Shown here: piece after piece, positions 37,137-47,310 of the stretch
Numbering within the stretch: the first letter of the stretch is position 1
Layout of the letters: each line of letters opens with the position of its first letter
Assembly: GCA_050173015.1 (NCBI GenBank)
Contig: JBFXLE010000012.1
Span: 40,745 to 104,744 of the forward strand
Length of the DNA: 64,000 nt
Reading direction: 5' to 3'
DNA from: Calditrichaceae bacterium
GTDB lineage: Bacteria; Calditrichota; Calditrichia; Calditrichales; JBFXGD01
The notes under the pieces: model-generated
The model's input: the letters and a program-made list of their open reading frames with translations, nothing else
What the model was told of the DNA's origin: nothing
The model's database searches: none
Translations under genes and position numbers: made by a program

Positions 37137-38951
37137 CTATTTATAGATCTTAAAATTAGCGGTTTTTATTAAAGAATCCTCATCCCATTCGTTGGGCTGC
37201 CAGGCCCTCACATAGATAAGAGGATCCTTTTCGGTGAAATCAATCAATAGAAACAGATATCCTTCATCAGAGTAGGTGGTTGAATAATAACTCTGACGCA
37301 TTTCCACTCCATAAACCCCCTCGGTACTGTTCTTCTTTATAATGTCAAATGATCCGAAGTCAAGAAATATATCTTTTTGAAGGTTAAATACTTGTTCCTG
37401 TCTTTTAAGATAATGCTTTTTTGTCAGACGTACATATTCGTAATCAGGCTGATTAGTAAATTTCTGATAATTAACCATATTATCAGGCAATTTCACCGGA
37501 GTAATTTTACGACCAACAAGGATAAGCGCTTCATCAGCGAACATCAAATCCACCGTTTCAATATCACGGGTCTGGTAAGCCGTACGATACTTTTCAACAA
37601 ACTTAATAATATCCTGTCTGTTTTCCCAATCATTGCCGTATTTTGCCTGTTCGGAGAAATGCCGGTAAAGATTTTCTGAAATACTAAGATTAAAGTCGAT
37701 TAAAATTCCTTTATCTGAAAAATCAAGCACTAAATATTCTGTTGATTGTTTGTTAATACCAGGGTAATGATGAAGCATACGTATTTTACGTAATTCATAT
37801 CCGGAAGAGGTTTTGAAGATCCCGCCTTCAATATTATGCGTGGCGGGTTCCGCGGAATTGTATCTCAGATAATTGATGATCTTGTGGTTTAGAAAAGGAT
37901 CATTAGAATATTTTTCATTAATCATCGACTTATCATTTTTTGAAAGAAGATCTAAAAATTCAGAAGCGGACTTCAAGATTGTCGGTTCGACAAGAATATC
38001 TTTTTCCAGGGTAAGATTCATATTCCATTTATTGGATGCGCCGGAAGTTTGGACTTGCCCAGACTTGACTTTCTGATTGAGATCGACGTTTTTTGCGGAA
38101 TTAAATGTGGGCAGGTTTACCACATTCCATAGTTCACCGACCACATTATATTCCTGACGGGATTCATAATAGGCGTATTTTATGAATAATTTTAAGGATT
38201 CAAAGTTGGTGCTGGCTCCAAGCAGTCGAAATGTCGCGATTCCGTCTCTTCCTTCAACTGCAACCTGGCTAGTTCCGTCCCAAAAAGTGAAATCAATAAG
38301 AGATACGGCAATTCCGTTCGAAGTAATATGAAGTGTTATTTCACGCTCCATGTCAGAGATTTTTTTGTCACCGGCAAAAGTAAATTTTAAATCAAGAAGA
38401 ATCCGGTTAATACGCGCGGGCAGTTCTGTCGTATAATTAATATCCTGATATACAACGCTTTCATCAGGTAATGACTGGACAAGCAAGAGAGCATAGTAAT
38501 TCAGCTTTAACGCGAATGCAGTATTATGATTTAATGCATTTAATTCGGCTTTACGCGCGATTTCAGAAATCAGTTTTTTGCGCTCTTCAAAAATCTGAAA
38601 AACTTCCTTCTTGTCAAGGTAACAAAACGTTTCTATCTCACCGTTGGCCAGGGGCTTTTTTATCGTGTTTACGTTTTGAAGTGTCGCGGCGCTGTGAGTA
38701 CGTATGATGGATTTGACAGACTCATCGAGTCCGGCCGCGTTTTCAATAATTTTGCTTTCAAAAGATTTTGCTACCCTAACGGCGATTTGCTCGGTCAGTT
38801 CTTCCAACGCGCGGTCACGGGATTCTCTGGTGTCATGGGCCACTCCGGAACCGTAATAGTAATTTCCACTATTAATAACTTGTTTTTTATCAATTTGCTG
38901 AGCAAATAGTAAAGGTGTAATCAAAAAGATACTGAAGAAAATGATCCGCAC
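37137..38951 (-). CDS. Exported protein with N-terminal LPP20-like and C-terminal NTF2-like domains
   Basis: Signal peptide; YYGSG......A..AL..L..QI.V.V; FVEKYRTAY..RDI.....F.D.ALI..G; YSDEGYLFL..DF...P.I.VR.WQP. Confidence 0.65.
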   Translation of the reverse strand: MRIIFFSIFLITPLLFAQQIDKKQVINSGNYYYGSGVAHDTRESRDRALEELTEQIAVRVAKSFESKIIENAAGLDESVKSIIRTHSAATLQNVNTIKKPLANGEIETFCYLDKKEVFQIFEERKKLISEIARKAELNALNHNTAFALKLNYYALLLVQSLPDESVVYQDINYTTELPARINRILLDLKFTFAGDKKISDMEREITLHITSNGIAVSLIDFTFWDGTSQVAVEGRDGIATFRLLGASTNFESLKLFIKYAYYESRQEYNVVGELWNVVNLPTFNSAKNVDLNQKVKSGQVQTSGASNKWNMNLTLEKDILVEPTILKSASEFLDLLSKNDKSMINEKYSNDPFLNHKIINYLRYNSAEPATHNIEGGIFKTSSGYELRKIRMLHHYPGINKQSTEYLVLDFSDKGILIDFNLSISENLYRHFSEQAKYGNDWENRQDIIKFVEKYRTAYQTRDIETVDLMFADEALILVGRKITPVKLPDNMVNYQKFTNQPDYEYVRLTKKHYLKRQEQVFNLQKDIFLDFGSFDIIKKNSTEGVYGVEMRQSYYSTTYSDEGYLFLLIDFTEKDPLIYVRAWQPNEWDEDSLIKTANFKIYK

Positions 38952-39283
38952 GTTCTGACTCCATTCTTGAACGAATTAACCTAAAATATATAAACCGATA
39001 TCTGCTGAATGATGTAAAATTTCATTGATTTTTTAAGAAACGCCGCCTGATGCCATAATCAATTTATATTTTATCATCTGAGTGCCTATAGACCTTAGTA
39101 TCATTTGAAAGGGAAAATCAGATCAAATATAATGGATTGTAAAATTTGAATCAATCGGATTCTTTTAACCATCGATTTGATGTGAATTTTCCGAGACTAA
39201 AATTCTTTACAAAACATCTATAGATTATACGATCTAATCCCTAATTTATTTACACTTTAGGATGGGCAATCCTATATTTATCA

Positions 39284-41098
39284 TTACTTGTTCGTTACTT
39301 TTTTAGACGGCCCGCCGCCAAACAAAACACCAAATTGAAGATACGCGCTTTCCTTTATGTCATGATCATCACGATATTGCTGATACACAGCTTTCAGGAA
39401 AAAATTATAACCTAACTGGATTCTGAGATCCGCGTAATAACCATAGGTTGTTTGTTTGATCTTATCCACCCGGTCACCATCCAGTTCATTGTAAAAATAG
39501 TTTTCTCCGATAAACGCGCCGGCAGACGGATAGAGTGTTTCCCACAATACAAATGGAGTAAATCCAAGATAACCGTTCCAGCTATAGGTAACCAGACTAT
39601 CTTTTTCGACAGAGGATGTGTTCAAATTTGTTGTTTTAAATCTAAAACTGCCGCCTATCGTAAACGGATTCAAATAAACAGAAATATCCCCGATGTAGCC
39701 GTAGTCATCAAGCGGATCAGATATTTCATCGGATTGTGTGATTTCATTCAGCATCTCAGGGGGCAATTGCCAGTAATATCCGCCGAAAGAAATGAGTAAT
39801 CCGTCCGAAACATCGGAAATCCGTTCATTACCAAAGGCGGTCAGACGGAAGAAACGATTTCTTGTTTTAACAAGTTTATAATCACATTCTTTGCCTCGTG
39901 AATCAATGGAAAAGGATTTGTTTTTTGTATCATAGCCTTCTTTTTCTATACGGATTGAAAATTTTCCGGGTTCCAGTTCCAGCTCATATATGGGAATGGC
40001 GCCCATGTAACGGTTATCAATATAAATACCGGCTCCTTCTGTTCCCTTTACTGTGAGCAGTCCATTTGGTGATGGCGAGACCTGCAGATTCAGATCGTAG
40101 TCCCCGGTAACGTCAATATTAAGTGAATCGGGACGATGACGCCGCTTACGGGCTTCAAGTTGATACCGTCCGGCCGGGACTTTTCGTTTAAGAGGTGTCG
40201 AGCCGATGTAATTGTTATCCAGATAAATTTCGGATTCAGGGACATTGCTTTCAATAATTAAAGTACTCTCTTTACGGAGAAGATTTACCTGAATAGGTAC
40301 CGATTTCTCGGGATCATCATTCGGTATTATTTCCATGGCATAAGTAAAAGGATGATAGTAAGGTTTTTCCAGACGCAGAAAAGCCAGGCCTTCGGGAACC
40401 GCGATAGGCAAATCAGGACTGAATGGCGCTTCTTTATCATTGATGTATAAGCGCGCGTCATTTTGTAGAATAGAAATGGTGACATAGCCAAATGTTGGTG
40501 TGAGCGTCACTTCTTCGTTTACGGTTTTACCCTCCTGTATTTTTATAAATATTTCACGACGGACATAGCCTTCTTTGGTGATGATAAATTTCCATGTCTG
40601 CGCGCTCAGATTTTCAAAACGGTGGGGACTGATCTGGTTAAGGCCGGGCATTCCGTCAATTTGTATAGTGGCGCCGGCGGGTTGGGTCTTTAAAATTAGA
40701 TGCCCTTTGCGCGAATTATACTTTGAATCAGCGGAAATCTTTATCACAAATACCGCGCGGGGTGCTAACTGAATACCAGCTTCCGAAAAAATGATTTGCA
40801 TTGGCTGAAAACCGGTGTGTAATATTTCCAGCACACGCTCATCCGGGGACAAATATATGATATCGCGTCCCGGTTGATCATCCACTTTAACTACGCCGTT
40901 ATACGCGTCATAACTGAATCCATCCATGTCGGATATGATCCGGATAGCGGCGCAGAACCGGCCGTTCTCGTCTTTGATTCCAGTCATTTCATCAGAAGAC
41001 TTTTCAGCTTTGCCTACTATTTGAAGTTGAGAGAGATTTTGAGCCTGAAGAAACGCAGATACCAGTAAAATAGCCAGTAACATCCTTGTCATGAGCAT
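39284..41098 (-). CDS. PEGA-repeat exported protein with a C-terminal beta-strand (barrel-like) domain
   Basis: Signal peptide; about four PEGA units (TQPAGATIQIDG, SNVPESEIYLDN..IG.TPL, GAGIYIDN); amphipathic aromatic strands at the C-terminus. Confidence 0.8.
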   Translation of the reverse strand: MLMTRMLLAILLVSAFLQAQNLSQLQIVGKAEKSSDEMTGIKDENGRFCAAIRIISDMDGFSYDAYNGVVKVDDQPGRDIIYLSPDERVLEILHTGFQPMQIIFSEAGIQLAPRAVFVIKISADSKYNSRKGHLILKTQPAGATIQIDGMPGLNQISPHRFENLSAQTWKFIITKEGYVRREIFIKIQEGKTVNEEVTLTPTFGYVTISILQNDARLYINDKEAPFSPDLPIAVPEGLAFLRLEKPYYHPFTYAMEIIPNDDPEKSVPIQVNLLRKESTLIIESNVPESEIYLDNNYIGSTPLKRKVPAGRYQLEARKRRHRPDSLNIDVTGDYDLNLQVSPSPNGLLTVKGTEGAGIYIDNRYMGAIPIYELELEPGKFSIRIEKEGYDTKNKSFSIDSRGKECDYKLVKTRNRFFRLTAFGNERISDVSDGLLISFGGYYWQLPPEMLNEITQSDEISDPLDDYGYIGDISVYLNPFTIGGSFRFKTTNLNTSSVEKDSLVTYSWNGYLGFTPFVLWETLYPSAGAFIGENYFYNELDGDRVDKIKQTTYGYYADLRIQLGYNFFLKAVYQQYRDDHDIKESAYLQFGVLFGGGPSKKVTNK

Positions 41099-41364
41099 CT
41101 TTCCTTAGAAGAAAATATGGCGGGTGTATATGATAAAATCAATTTTATTTATAGGATCGTCAATAGATATATCCTTGAAGAAAAATATCGGCACTAAAAA
41201 TAAAAACTTCACAAAAAAACAAACGATGTCACAAATTAGATCAACTTGTTTAATAAAATGACTGCTTTTTTTTCTGATGTAACGCTTATTTACGGCCCGG
41301 CGATATATGAATTTTCATTTACTTTGTCAAGAATTGGGCGGCTGTCTGCGTGCGCGAACTCTCT

Positions 41365-41925
41365 TTACATATTACCTGTGCTCATGGTATCCGGCATCAT
41401 TGTTTCACAGGATTCTTTCAGATTTTTAAGCCCCTTCTCAAAATCAGGTCCCATCATCTGATCAAGAAAAAGTCCAAAATAACGTCCGACGGGATAATCC
41501 AGTTCACCGACATTTGCCCAGACAACCTGAGTGCCGGTTCCCGCGGGTTCAAATTCCCATACATCAAAAGATTTCATTGCCTGTGGTTCAAGAAAGATTA
41601 AATCGGATTTAATGGATTTGTTTTCTTTCGCCTCCAGAATAGTCAGATGACCGGTGCCAAGGATTTTTCCTTCCCACGCCCACCTGGAGCCCACCCCTTT
41701 TCCGGGGCCTGAGATTACAGATTTGGCATCGGGATCCATCGCTGTCCAGGGATTCCATTTTTCCCAGTTCTTAAGATCAATAACCTGACCGTAAACCACT
41801 TCGACAGGCATATCAATTTCAACGGACCGTTCAACCCGGTAATCCGAAGGTAAAAAAAGAGCGACAACCAAAAACAGAGCGATTAGTCCGGCCAGCACAT
41901 AGAGTGTTACTTTTAAAATCTTCAT
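41365..41925 (-). CDS. SRPBCC / polyketide cyclase-like protein with N-terminal anchor
   Basis: VERSVEI..P...V...V.DL..W..WNPW, G.GS...W.G, MG.DFEKGL.NLK. Confidence 0.85.
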   Translation of the reverse strand: MKILKVTLYVLAGLIALFLVVALFLPSDYRVERSVEIDMPVEVVYGQVIDLKNWEKWNPWTAMDPDAKSVISGPGKGVGSRWAWEGKILGTGHLTILEAKENKSIKSDLIFLEPQAMKSFDVWEFEPAGTGTQVVWANVGELDYPVGRYFGLFLDQMMGPDFEKGLKNLKESCETMMPDTMSTGNM

Positions 41926-42077
41926 GATCCCCCCTGATTATGTTTGAATGACTGACTTATAAACGAATAATGTACCAGTATTTATTTCGATGCTAATAAG
42001 CAAATGAGATTTGCCGGATCGTGAAACACGCATCCGGAAGAAATCGGAGATGTGAAATGACATTTTTCCCGTCTACA

Positions 42078-42211
42078 ATTCTTACTTCCTACTTCTTACT
42101 TAAGGCTAAGGCACTAATTTCCTGTTCTTACTCTTTTTTCTTTTTTCTTTTATCTTTTGTCTTAATTTCCTACTTCCTACTTCCTACTTCTTAATTCTTA
42201 CTTCCTACTTC
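42078..42211 (-). repeat. Heptamer repeat tract (GAAGTAR and AAGAHAA units)
   Basis: CTACTTC/TTACTTC units plus pyrimidine-rich TTTTATC/TTTTGTC units on the plus strand; overlaps the end of the cytochrome gene. Confidence 0.85.
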
Positions 42212-43501
42212 TCCTCCGTACTGCTTTGTCTCATGGCATCCCGAATAGCACATTTTTCCATCTTCGGTTTCCCCAATACGCGCCGGCATTTTCCATTTTC
42301 CAAATGACACTTTTCCGGCAATCAGATGCTCCTGATTTGATCCGTGCATATCGTGACAAAGCACACAGTTGCGGCCTTTATCTCGCTTGACATGCAGATA
42401 ATGGAGATTTTGTTTTCCATCGCTGAATCCAGACGCGTCCATTCCCGGGTCTTCAATAAGTGAGGTTTCATGACAGTTGAAACAAACCGCGAAGGATTCT
42501 GAATCGCCCGGAGCGTATGCGCTATTGGGAAAGTCAGCGTTTAGCAGGCAGGTAAATTCGGAAGAATGGGGAAGATGGCAGGATTCACATCCACCATCCA
42601 TAGCCGGGGCATGGATAAATTCTTTTTCTTCCAAACGATTTTTGATTTTTCCCGCTCTTGAATACTCAACCGGCAGGGAGGTGTCATGACATGTAAGACA
42701 AAGCTCCTCTCTCTGCTGAGTCAGTAATCCATTCATCTCCGATGCGTGAGCTTTATGACAGTCAAGACAGGCTCGTCCATCGTTTATCGCTTTATGCACT
42801 GAAATGTTATCGGATTGGTCTTCATGGCATTCATAGCACTGTCCGGGAACCGGCATCTTCAGAAGTGACGTGTATTGAGATGTGTGAGTGTGATGACAAT
42901 CCGAACATTCCCCCTCATAAGCGGGATGCACATTATTCAATGCCAGCTCATCTTTCTGCTCCTCATGACAGTCGAAACAAAGCTGCGGTGGCTCCTTTTT
43001 CAGAAAAGCTGCATAATCTGATTGATGCGGATTATGACACTCTGTGCATTGGTTGTTTTCCGCCGGCGGATGATTTACCGCCTTTGGATTATTATATAGA
43101 TCATGGCATTTACCGCAAATCTCCCCCTGGTCGGCGGCGATCAGTAGTGCCGCGTTGTTGGAACTGTGGACATCATGACAGGCGGTGCATTCACCTGCGA
43201 CAACCGGAGCATGAACATCATCTTTTTCATGTTTTGAATCATGACAATCATAACAGAGATAGGGCATTTCGTTTAACAGCGAAAATTCATTACCCTCTGA
43301 GCCGGGATGAATAAATCCGTTTGATTCATGACAGGAAGCGCAGTCATCTTCAACGGGCGGATGAATATGCGATCGGTCCAGATATGACCCGTGACATCCT
43401 CCCGCGGTGCAGTCTGATTCCAGTTCTGCCTCTTGAGCAAAAAGAGGAGACTGATGAAAGAATAGTATCACGGCGAAATAAAATATGATCCGAATGGTCA
43501 T
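42191..43501 (-). CDS. Periplasmic multiheme cytochrome c (doubled-CXXCH family), 13 CXXCH plus CX4CH and CX3CH
   Basis: Signal peptide from ATG 43501; repeated H.P....C..CH..H.S....LL......C..CH units. Confidence 0.9.
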   Translation of the reverse strand: MTIRIIFYFAVILFFHQSPLFAQEAELESDCTAGGCHGSYLDRSHIHPPVEDDCASCHESNGFIHPGSEGNEFSLLNEMPYLCYDCHDSKHEKDDVHAPVVAGECTACHDVHSSNNAALLIAADQGEICGKCHDLYNNPKAVNHPPAENNQCTECHNPHQSDYAAFLKKEPPQLCFDCHEEQKDELALNNVHPAYEGECSDCHHTHTSQYTSLLKMPVPGQCYECHEDQSDNISVHKAINDGRACLDCHKAHASEMNGLLTQQREELCLTCHDTSLPVEYSRAGKIKNRLEEKEFIHAPAMDGGCESCHLPHSSEFTCLLNADFPNSAYAPGDSESFAVCFNCHETSLIEDPGMDASGFSDGKQNLHYLHVKRDKGRNCVLCHDMHGSNQEHLIAGKVSFGKWKMPARIGETEDGKMCYSGCHETKQYGGEVGSKN

Positions 43502-43511
43502 GAGTTCATCC

Positions 43512-45479
43512 TTAGAATTTTCTTTCAACACGCATGAATCCGGCATTGTATGTTATCTCTTCCCCGGAAAAATCGCGCCGGTAAGTTTCTAGTCCCACAG
43601 TCAAATACATCTGTCTGAATCGTGTTGTAAATTCACCCCGCAGCGTGGCAAGATTCAGATCAATGCCTCTTCCATCCTGAAAACGGTAGCTTGTTTCCAG
43701 ACTGATTTGCGAGATACGGGAAAGACGATACAAAAACCGGCCGGTTAAATCCCTGAATTTCTGGTCTTCCTCGTCTTCTGTCAATGTATAATTCCGGATA
43801 TTTCCTGAGAGAGAAACATTTAGCCTGCTAAACAAATATCTGTTAAAAGTGATATAATACCGGACTGAATGATAGGGAACGATATTGCTGTTGTAGTCGT
43901 CAATTTCTACCCCGCCGGAAATCGGTCCTTTTGTCAATCGTGTGCCAAATACTCTCTCGGAAACCGTTTTGAGTACGGCTAAATCAGATCCTTCCGGATT
44001 CTCAATATCCTGTTCATATGAACGAAAATATAACTCAGCAAGCTGATTAAAAACGGTTAATCTCGCTCCGAATGCATTACTGAGTATATCGTATTGGTAT
44101 GAGGTCTGCCGTGTTACCGTGTAATCTACGAGAATTTTTGTCCCATCGGGGATTTGGCCACCAGGCAGTCGCTGAATTTCCAGGAAATCGCCTCGTGTAA
44201 TCAGTACATAATCCAGATTCTCCTGATAAGGAATCAACCCTGTTTCATCGGTTACCACAACACTTGCCGGATCCGCGTAAGGATTTTCCAGCAATATTGT
44301 TTGCCCGTCAAACAGAGTAACGGCCTCATTGATAATTCTTGACGGGCTTGGCAGGCTGTTCCGGTTTTCATTTCGCTTCCTGAGCTCGTAGTCGATGGAA
44401 AGGTTGCCGGTCGGGATTTTTTTTATATAGTTGAACCCGATTGTGCCCGTGTTGGTGTACTGATTAAATCCGCTCTGATTAAGATCGATATATTCATAAT
44501 AGGCAAAACTTCTAAGGCTCCGGTATAACTGATGCTCAACTCTACCGGAAATATTATGCTGGTCGGAGCTGAATTCCTTTTGATCAAAAGAAGCATATCG
44601 GTAATCACCAGAAAAATCCAGATTATACGGTAATACGAATCTGATATTCTCAGTGGCGGTTAACCGGTCAAACTCCTCGCTTCCGGTCTGCTTATAATAC
44701 CAGATCAGAGAATTGAGATTATTATTGCGGTTCTTATCCAGGAAGAAATTATCCCGCAGATTGACGCTCGATATTTTATTGTGAATGGATGCGTTTTGCG
44801 CGTATTCACGTGAATAATCTTCATATGAATAAGCAAAACGATGGTCATCATAGCGGCTGAATGATTTGCTGAATTCGGATCTAAAATTATCACGAGTATT
44901 TACAAAATCACGCCCGGTTTGCAATTCCTTTTGTTCCCAGTTTTCATGAGAATAGCTAAATGTTACCGGGAGAATGTCGTTGCGATAGGCAGCTCCTCCG
45001 CCAATATCTGTTCTGTAGTTCTCGACATTGGTCAGGAATTCGCGGTTCACATAACTGTGGCTAAAATTCGTAAACAAGTTAAATGTAAAAGGGCGCTGTT
45101 TAAAAAATGATGTATGGAGATTTAATTTTTCACCTGTTTTTGTTTCAGTGCGGTTTGGAACAACCAAAAACTGATCCCGCCGGATGCCGGGATTGAAGTC
45201 AAAATCGGCATTTATCAACATAAAATTGGGGTGCCAGACATAACTTCTTGATCTTAATAAAATCTCTCCGGAAAAAATCGTGGATTCAGGCTTATCAGAT
45301 AAACCGGATGGATAAACTGTTTCCTGCGAACGGAATTCACTTTCCATAATGACGGAACCGTTCAGCGATTGCAGGCGCCATGCCCCAATCGAATAAAGTT
45401 CACTGTCCTGTCCGGAAGAAGGAGACAGCAACATCAAAAGAAGAGCAGGGATTAAACCAATTATTTTCCGTAACGTCAT
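43512..45479 (-). CDS. Large outer-membrane beta-barrel protein (putative cytochrome-associated porin)
   Basis: Signal peptide, long run of alternating aromatic/polar beta strands, C-terminal Phe (VERKF); sits between cytochrome genes. Confidence 0.75.
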   Translation of the reverse strand: MTLRKIIGLIPALLLMLLSPSSGQDSELYSIGAWRLQSLNGSVIMESEFRSQETVYPSGLSDKPESTIFSGEILLRSRSYVWHPNFMLINADFDFNPGIRRDQFLVVPNRTETKTGEKLNLHTSFFKQRPFTFNLFTNFSHSYVNREFLTNVENYRTDIGGGAAYRNDILPVTFSYSHENWEQKELQTGRDFVNTRDNFRSEFSKSFSRYDDHRFAYSYEDYSREYAQNASIHNKISSVNLRDNFFLDKNRNNNLNSLIWYYKQTGSEEFDRLTATENIRFVLPYNLDFSGDYRYASFDQKEFSSDQHNISGRVEHQLYRSLRSFAYYEYIDLNQSGFNQYTNTGTIGFNYIKKIPTGNLSIDYELRKRNENRNSLPSPSRIINEAVTLFDGQTILLENPYADPASVVVTDETGLIPYQENLDYVLITRGDFLEIQRLPGGQIPDGTKILVDYTVTRQTSYQYDILSNAFGARLTVFNQLAELYFRSYEQDIENPEGSDLAVLKTVSERVFGTRLTKGPISGGVEIDDYNSNIVPYHSVRYYITFNRYLFSRLNVSLSGNIRNYTLTEDEEDQKFRDLTGRFLYRLSRISQISLETSYRFQDGRGIDLNLATLRGEFTTRFRQMYLTVGLETYRRDFSGEEITYNAGFMRVERKF

Positions 45480-45516
45480 TTTTTTACCTTAAAAATGATA
45501 AAACCAATCGGTGGAA

Positions 45517-46125
45517 TTACCTGAATAAATAAGCATCTTCACCGCCGTGCGGATTATGACAATCCAGACAGCTAACTTCGTTTATATCCTGGTGAGCTTC
45601 ATTTTTAAAAACGTCCCCGCTCTGATGACAGAAAAGACATAACTCCTGTCCGTTCCGAATCAAAAGATGTTCATTTTTTGACAGGTGTGGATTATGACAT
45701 TCCGTACAAAATCCGGCCCCCACCGGTCCATGCAGCGCCTCGTAATTATCGTTAAAGTCATCATGACACTGATAGCAAAGGCCCGGTTGCTCATCGAGCA
45801 GGGCATTTCCCTTTTCAGGGACATGGCAGGCATCACATGATTTTTCGGCATAAACAGGGTGCACGGTCATTTTCGGGCGAACGGGATTTGCAGAAGCAGG
45901 TGTACCTGCAACAGGGACAGATGCCAGGACCGTATCAACTGTCGCCGATTGTTCCGCTTCGGGGCCCGGCACTCCGTCAAAAAAGGTAGTAAGAACTTTA
46001 TGACGGCTTTCCGGATGACAGGCAGCCAAAAGCGCGATGACCGTCAATATAAAGAGGTGTGTAATATGAGTTCGCAAGGCTATTCTCTGAAATTTGGTTT
46101 TTGAACAATTTTTCAGATAACACAT
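45517..46125 (-). CDS. Pentaheme cytochrome c lipoprotein (start uncertain)
   Basis: Lipobox LLAAC, FFDGVP, and hemes CDACH, CYQCH, CTECH, CLFCH, CLDCH. Confidence 0.88.
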   Translation of the reverse strand: MCYLKNCSKTKFQRIALRTHITHLFILTVIALLAACHPESRHKVLTTFFDGVPGPEAEQSATVDTVLASVPVAGTPASANPVRPKMTVHPVYAEKSCDACHVPEKGNALLDEQPGLCYQCHDDFNDNYEALHGPVGAGFCTECHNPHLSKNEHLLIRNGQELCLFCHQSGDVFKNEAHQDINEVSCLDCHNPHGGEDAYLFR

Positions 46126-46151
46126 TGTTCGCGTTTATATGCCGTTAAATA

Positions 46152-47225
46152 TCATTCCTTTACATCAACAAATCCATAGACGTTGATCTTATCAGGTCCA
46201 TACTGATTGGTTACAAAAATCAGATATTGCAATTCGAAACCGGGATGAACATATTTCCGGAAATACTCAAGATTGTCATAATCTATAATCACTTTGGCGG
46301 GCAGCCACATATCACCGGGTCCTTTATAGCTTCCTCCGAAAAACATCAGTAATTGATCTTCTTCATTAAATAGCTGGACATTTTCAAAGCCCGCGTCCAC
46401 CACGTATAAATTGGATTGTTTATCTACCGATATTCCCTTAGGGCGTACAAATTGCCCGGCATTTTTTCCGTAGCTGCCTATGGATCGAATGAATTCGCCT
46501 TCGGTCGTATAAACTTTTACGCGGAAATCACCAAAATCACTCACATAAACCTGATCATTTTTTACGAATAGATTTGTCGGGGAGTACAGGTTGCTTTCCC
46601 CGGTATTCTCATCATTGGGGATCGATCGAATCAGTTTATGGTCTTCTTTTGAAAACGCCAGAATCTTATGGCCTTTGATATCGCTGACCCAGATTAAATT
46701 ATTAGTGACAAAAACATCAGTCGGCCTCAGGATGTCCTCGCTGCCAAAACTGTTCACAAACTTCCCGCTTTCATCAAATATAACGATATCGCCTCTTTCA
46801 GAATCAGCCACATAAACGCGTCCGTCAACATCCACAAAAGAGTTGATCGGTTTCTTTAACTGGCCCTTTCCGGCCGGTTTCAAATATTCAAAAGAACGGG
46901 TATTCAGATCGATAATTTCGAGTCCGCCAAACATGGTGTCGCAGACATATATTCTGCCGCGGTATATAGACAGTCCATACGGTTTGACGATGGACCGGTT
47001 TTCTTCTTCGCCCAGCACATAGCGGGCAAACGCGGAACGACGTCCGGTGATATCGCTTGAACTGCTGATACGGGTTAAAAACTGGATTCTCGTAGTAGCC
47101 GGAGGCGCGGGATAGATGATGACGTTATCGTCGTTCACAGGCCTGTTGAAGGTCCTGTTGCAAGAAAGCGCCATCATCACTATAAAAAAAGACAGAACAA
47201 TTAACTGAATTAAATTCTTCATCAA
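46152..47225 (-). CDS. NHL-repeat beta-propeller lipoprotein
   Basis: Lipobox ALSC; YPAPP...RIQFL; repeats such as KP......GRVYVADS and GQFVRPKGISVD...LYVVD. Confidence 0.88.
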   Translation of the reverse strand: MMKNLIQLIVLSFFIVMMALSCNRTFNRPVNDDNVIIYPAPPATTRIQFLTRISSSSDITGRRSAFARYVLGEEENRSIVKPYGLSIYRGRIYVCDTMFGGLEIIDLNTRSFEYLKPAGKGQLKKPINSFVDVDGRVYVADSERGDIVIFDESGKFVNSFGSEDILRPTDVFVTNNLIWVSDIKGHKILAFSKEDHKLIRSIPNDENTGESNLYSPTNLFVKNDQVYVSDFGDFRVKVYTTEGEFIRSIGSYGKNAGQFVRPKGISVDKQSNLYVVDAGFENVQLFNEEDQLLMFFGGSYKGPGDMWLPAKVIIDYDNLEYFRKYVHPGFELQYLIFVTNQYGPDKINVYGFVDVKE

Positions 47226-47310
47226 ATTTTATCCGTATTCAATAAATTAGACTCAAAACCGGTAATAATTACAATTCAAATAAACCGCGGCGAATAATGT
47301 CTTCAACCGT

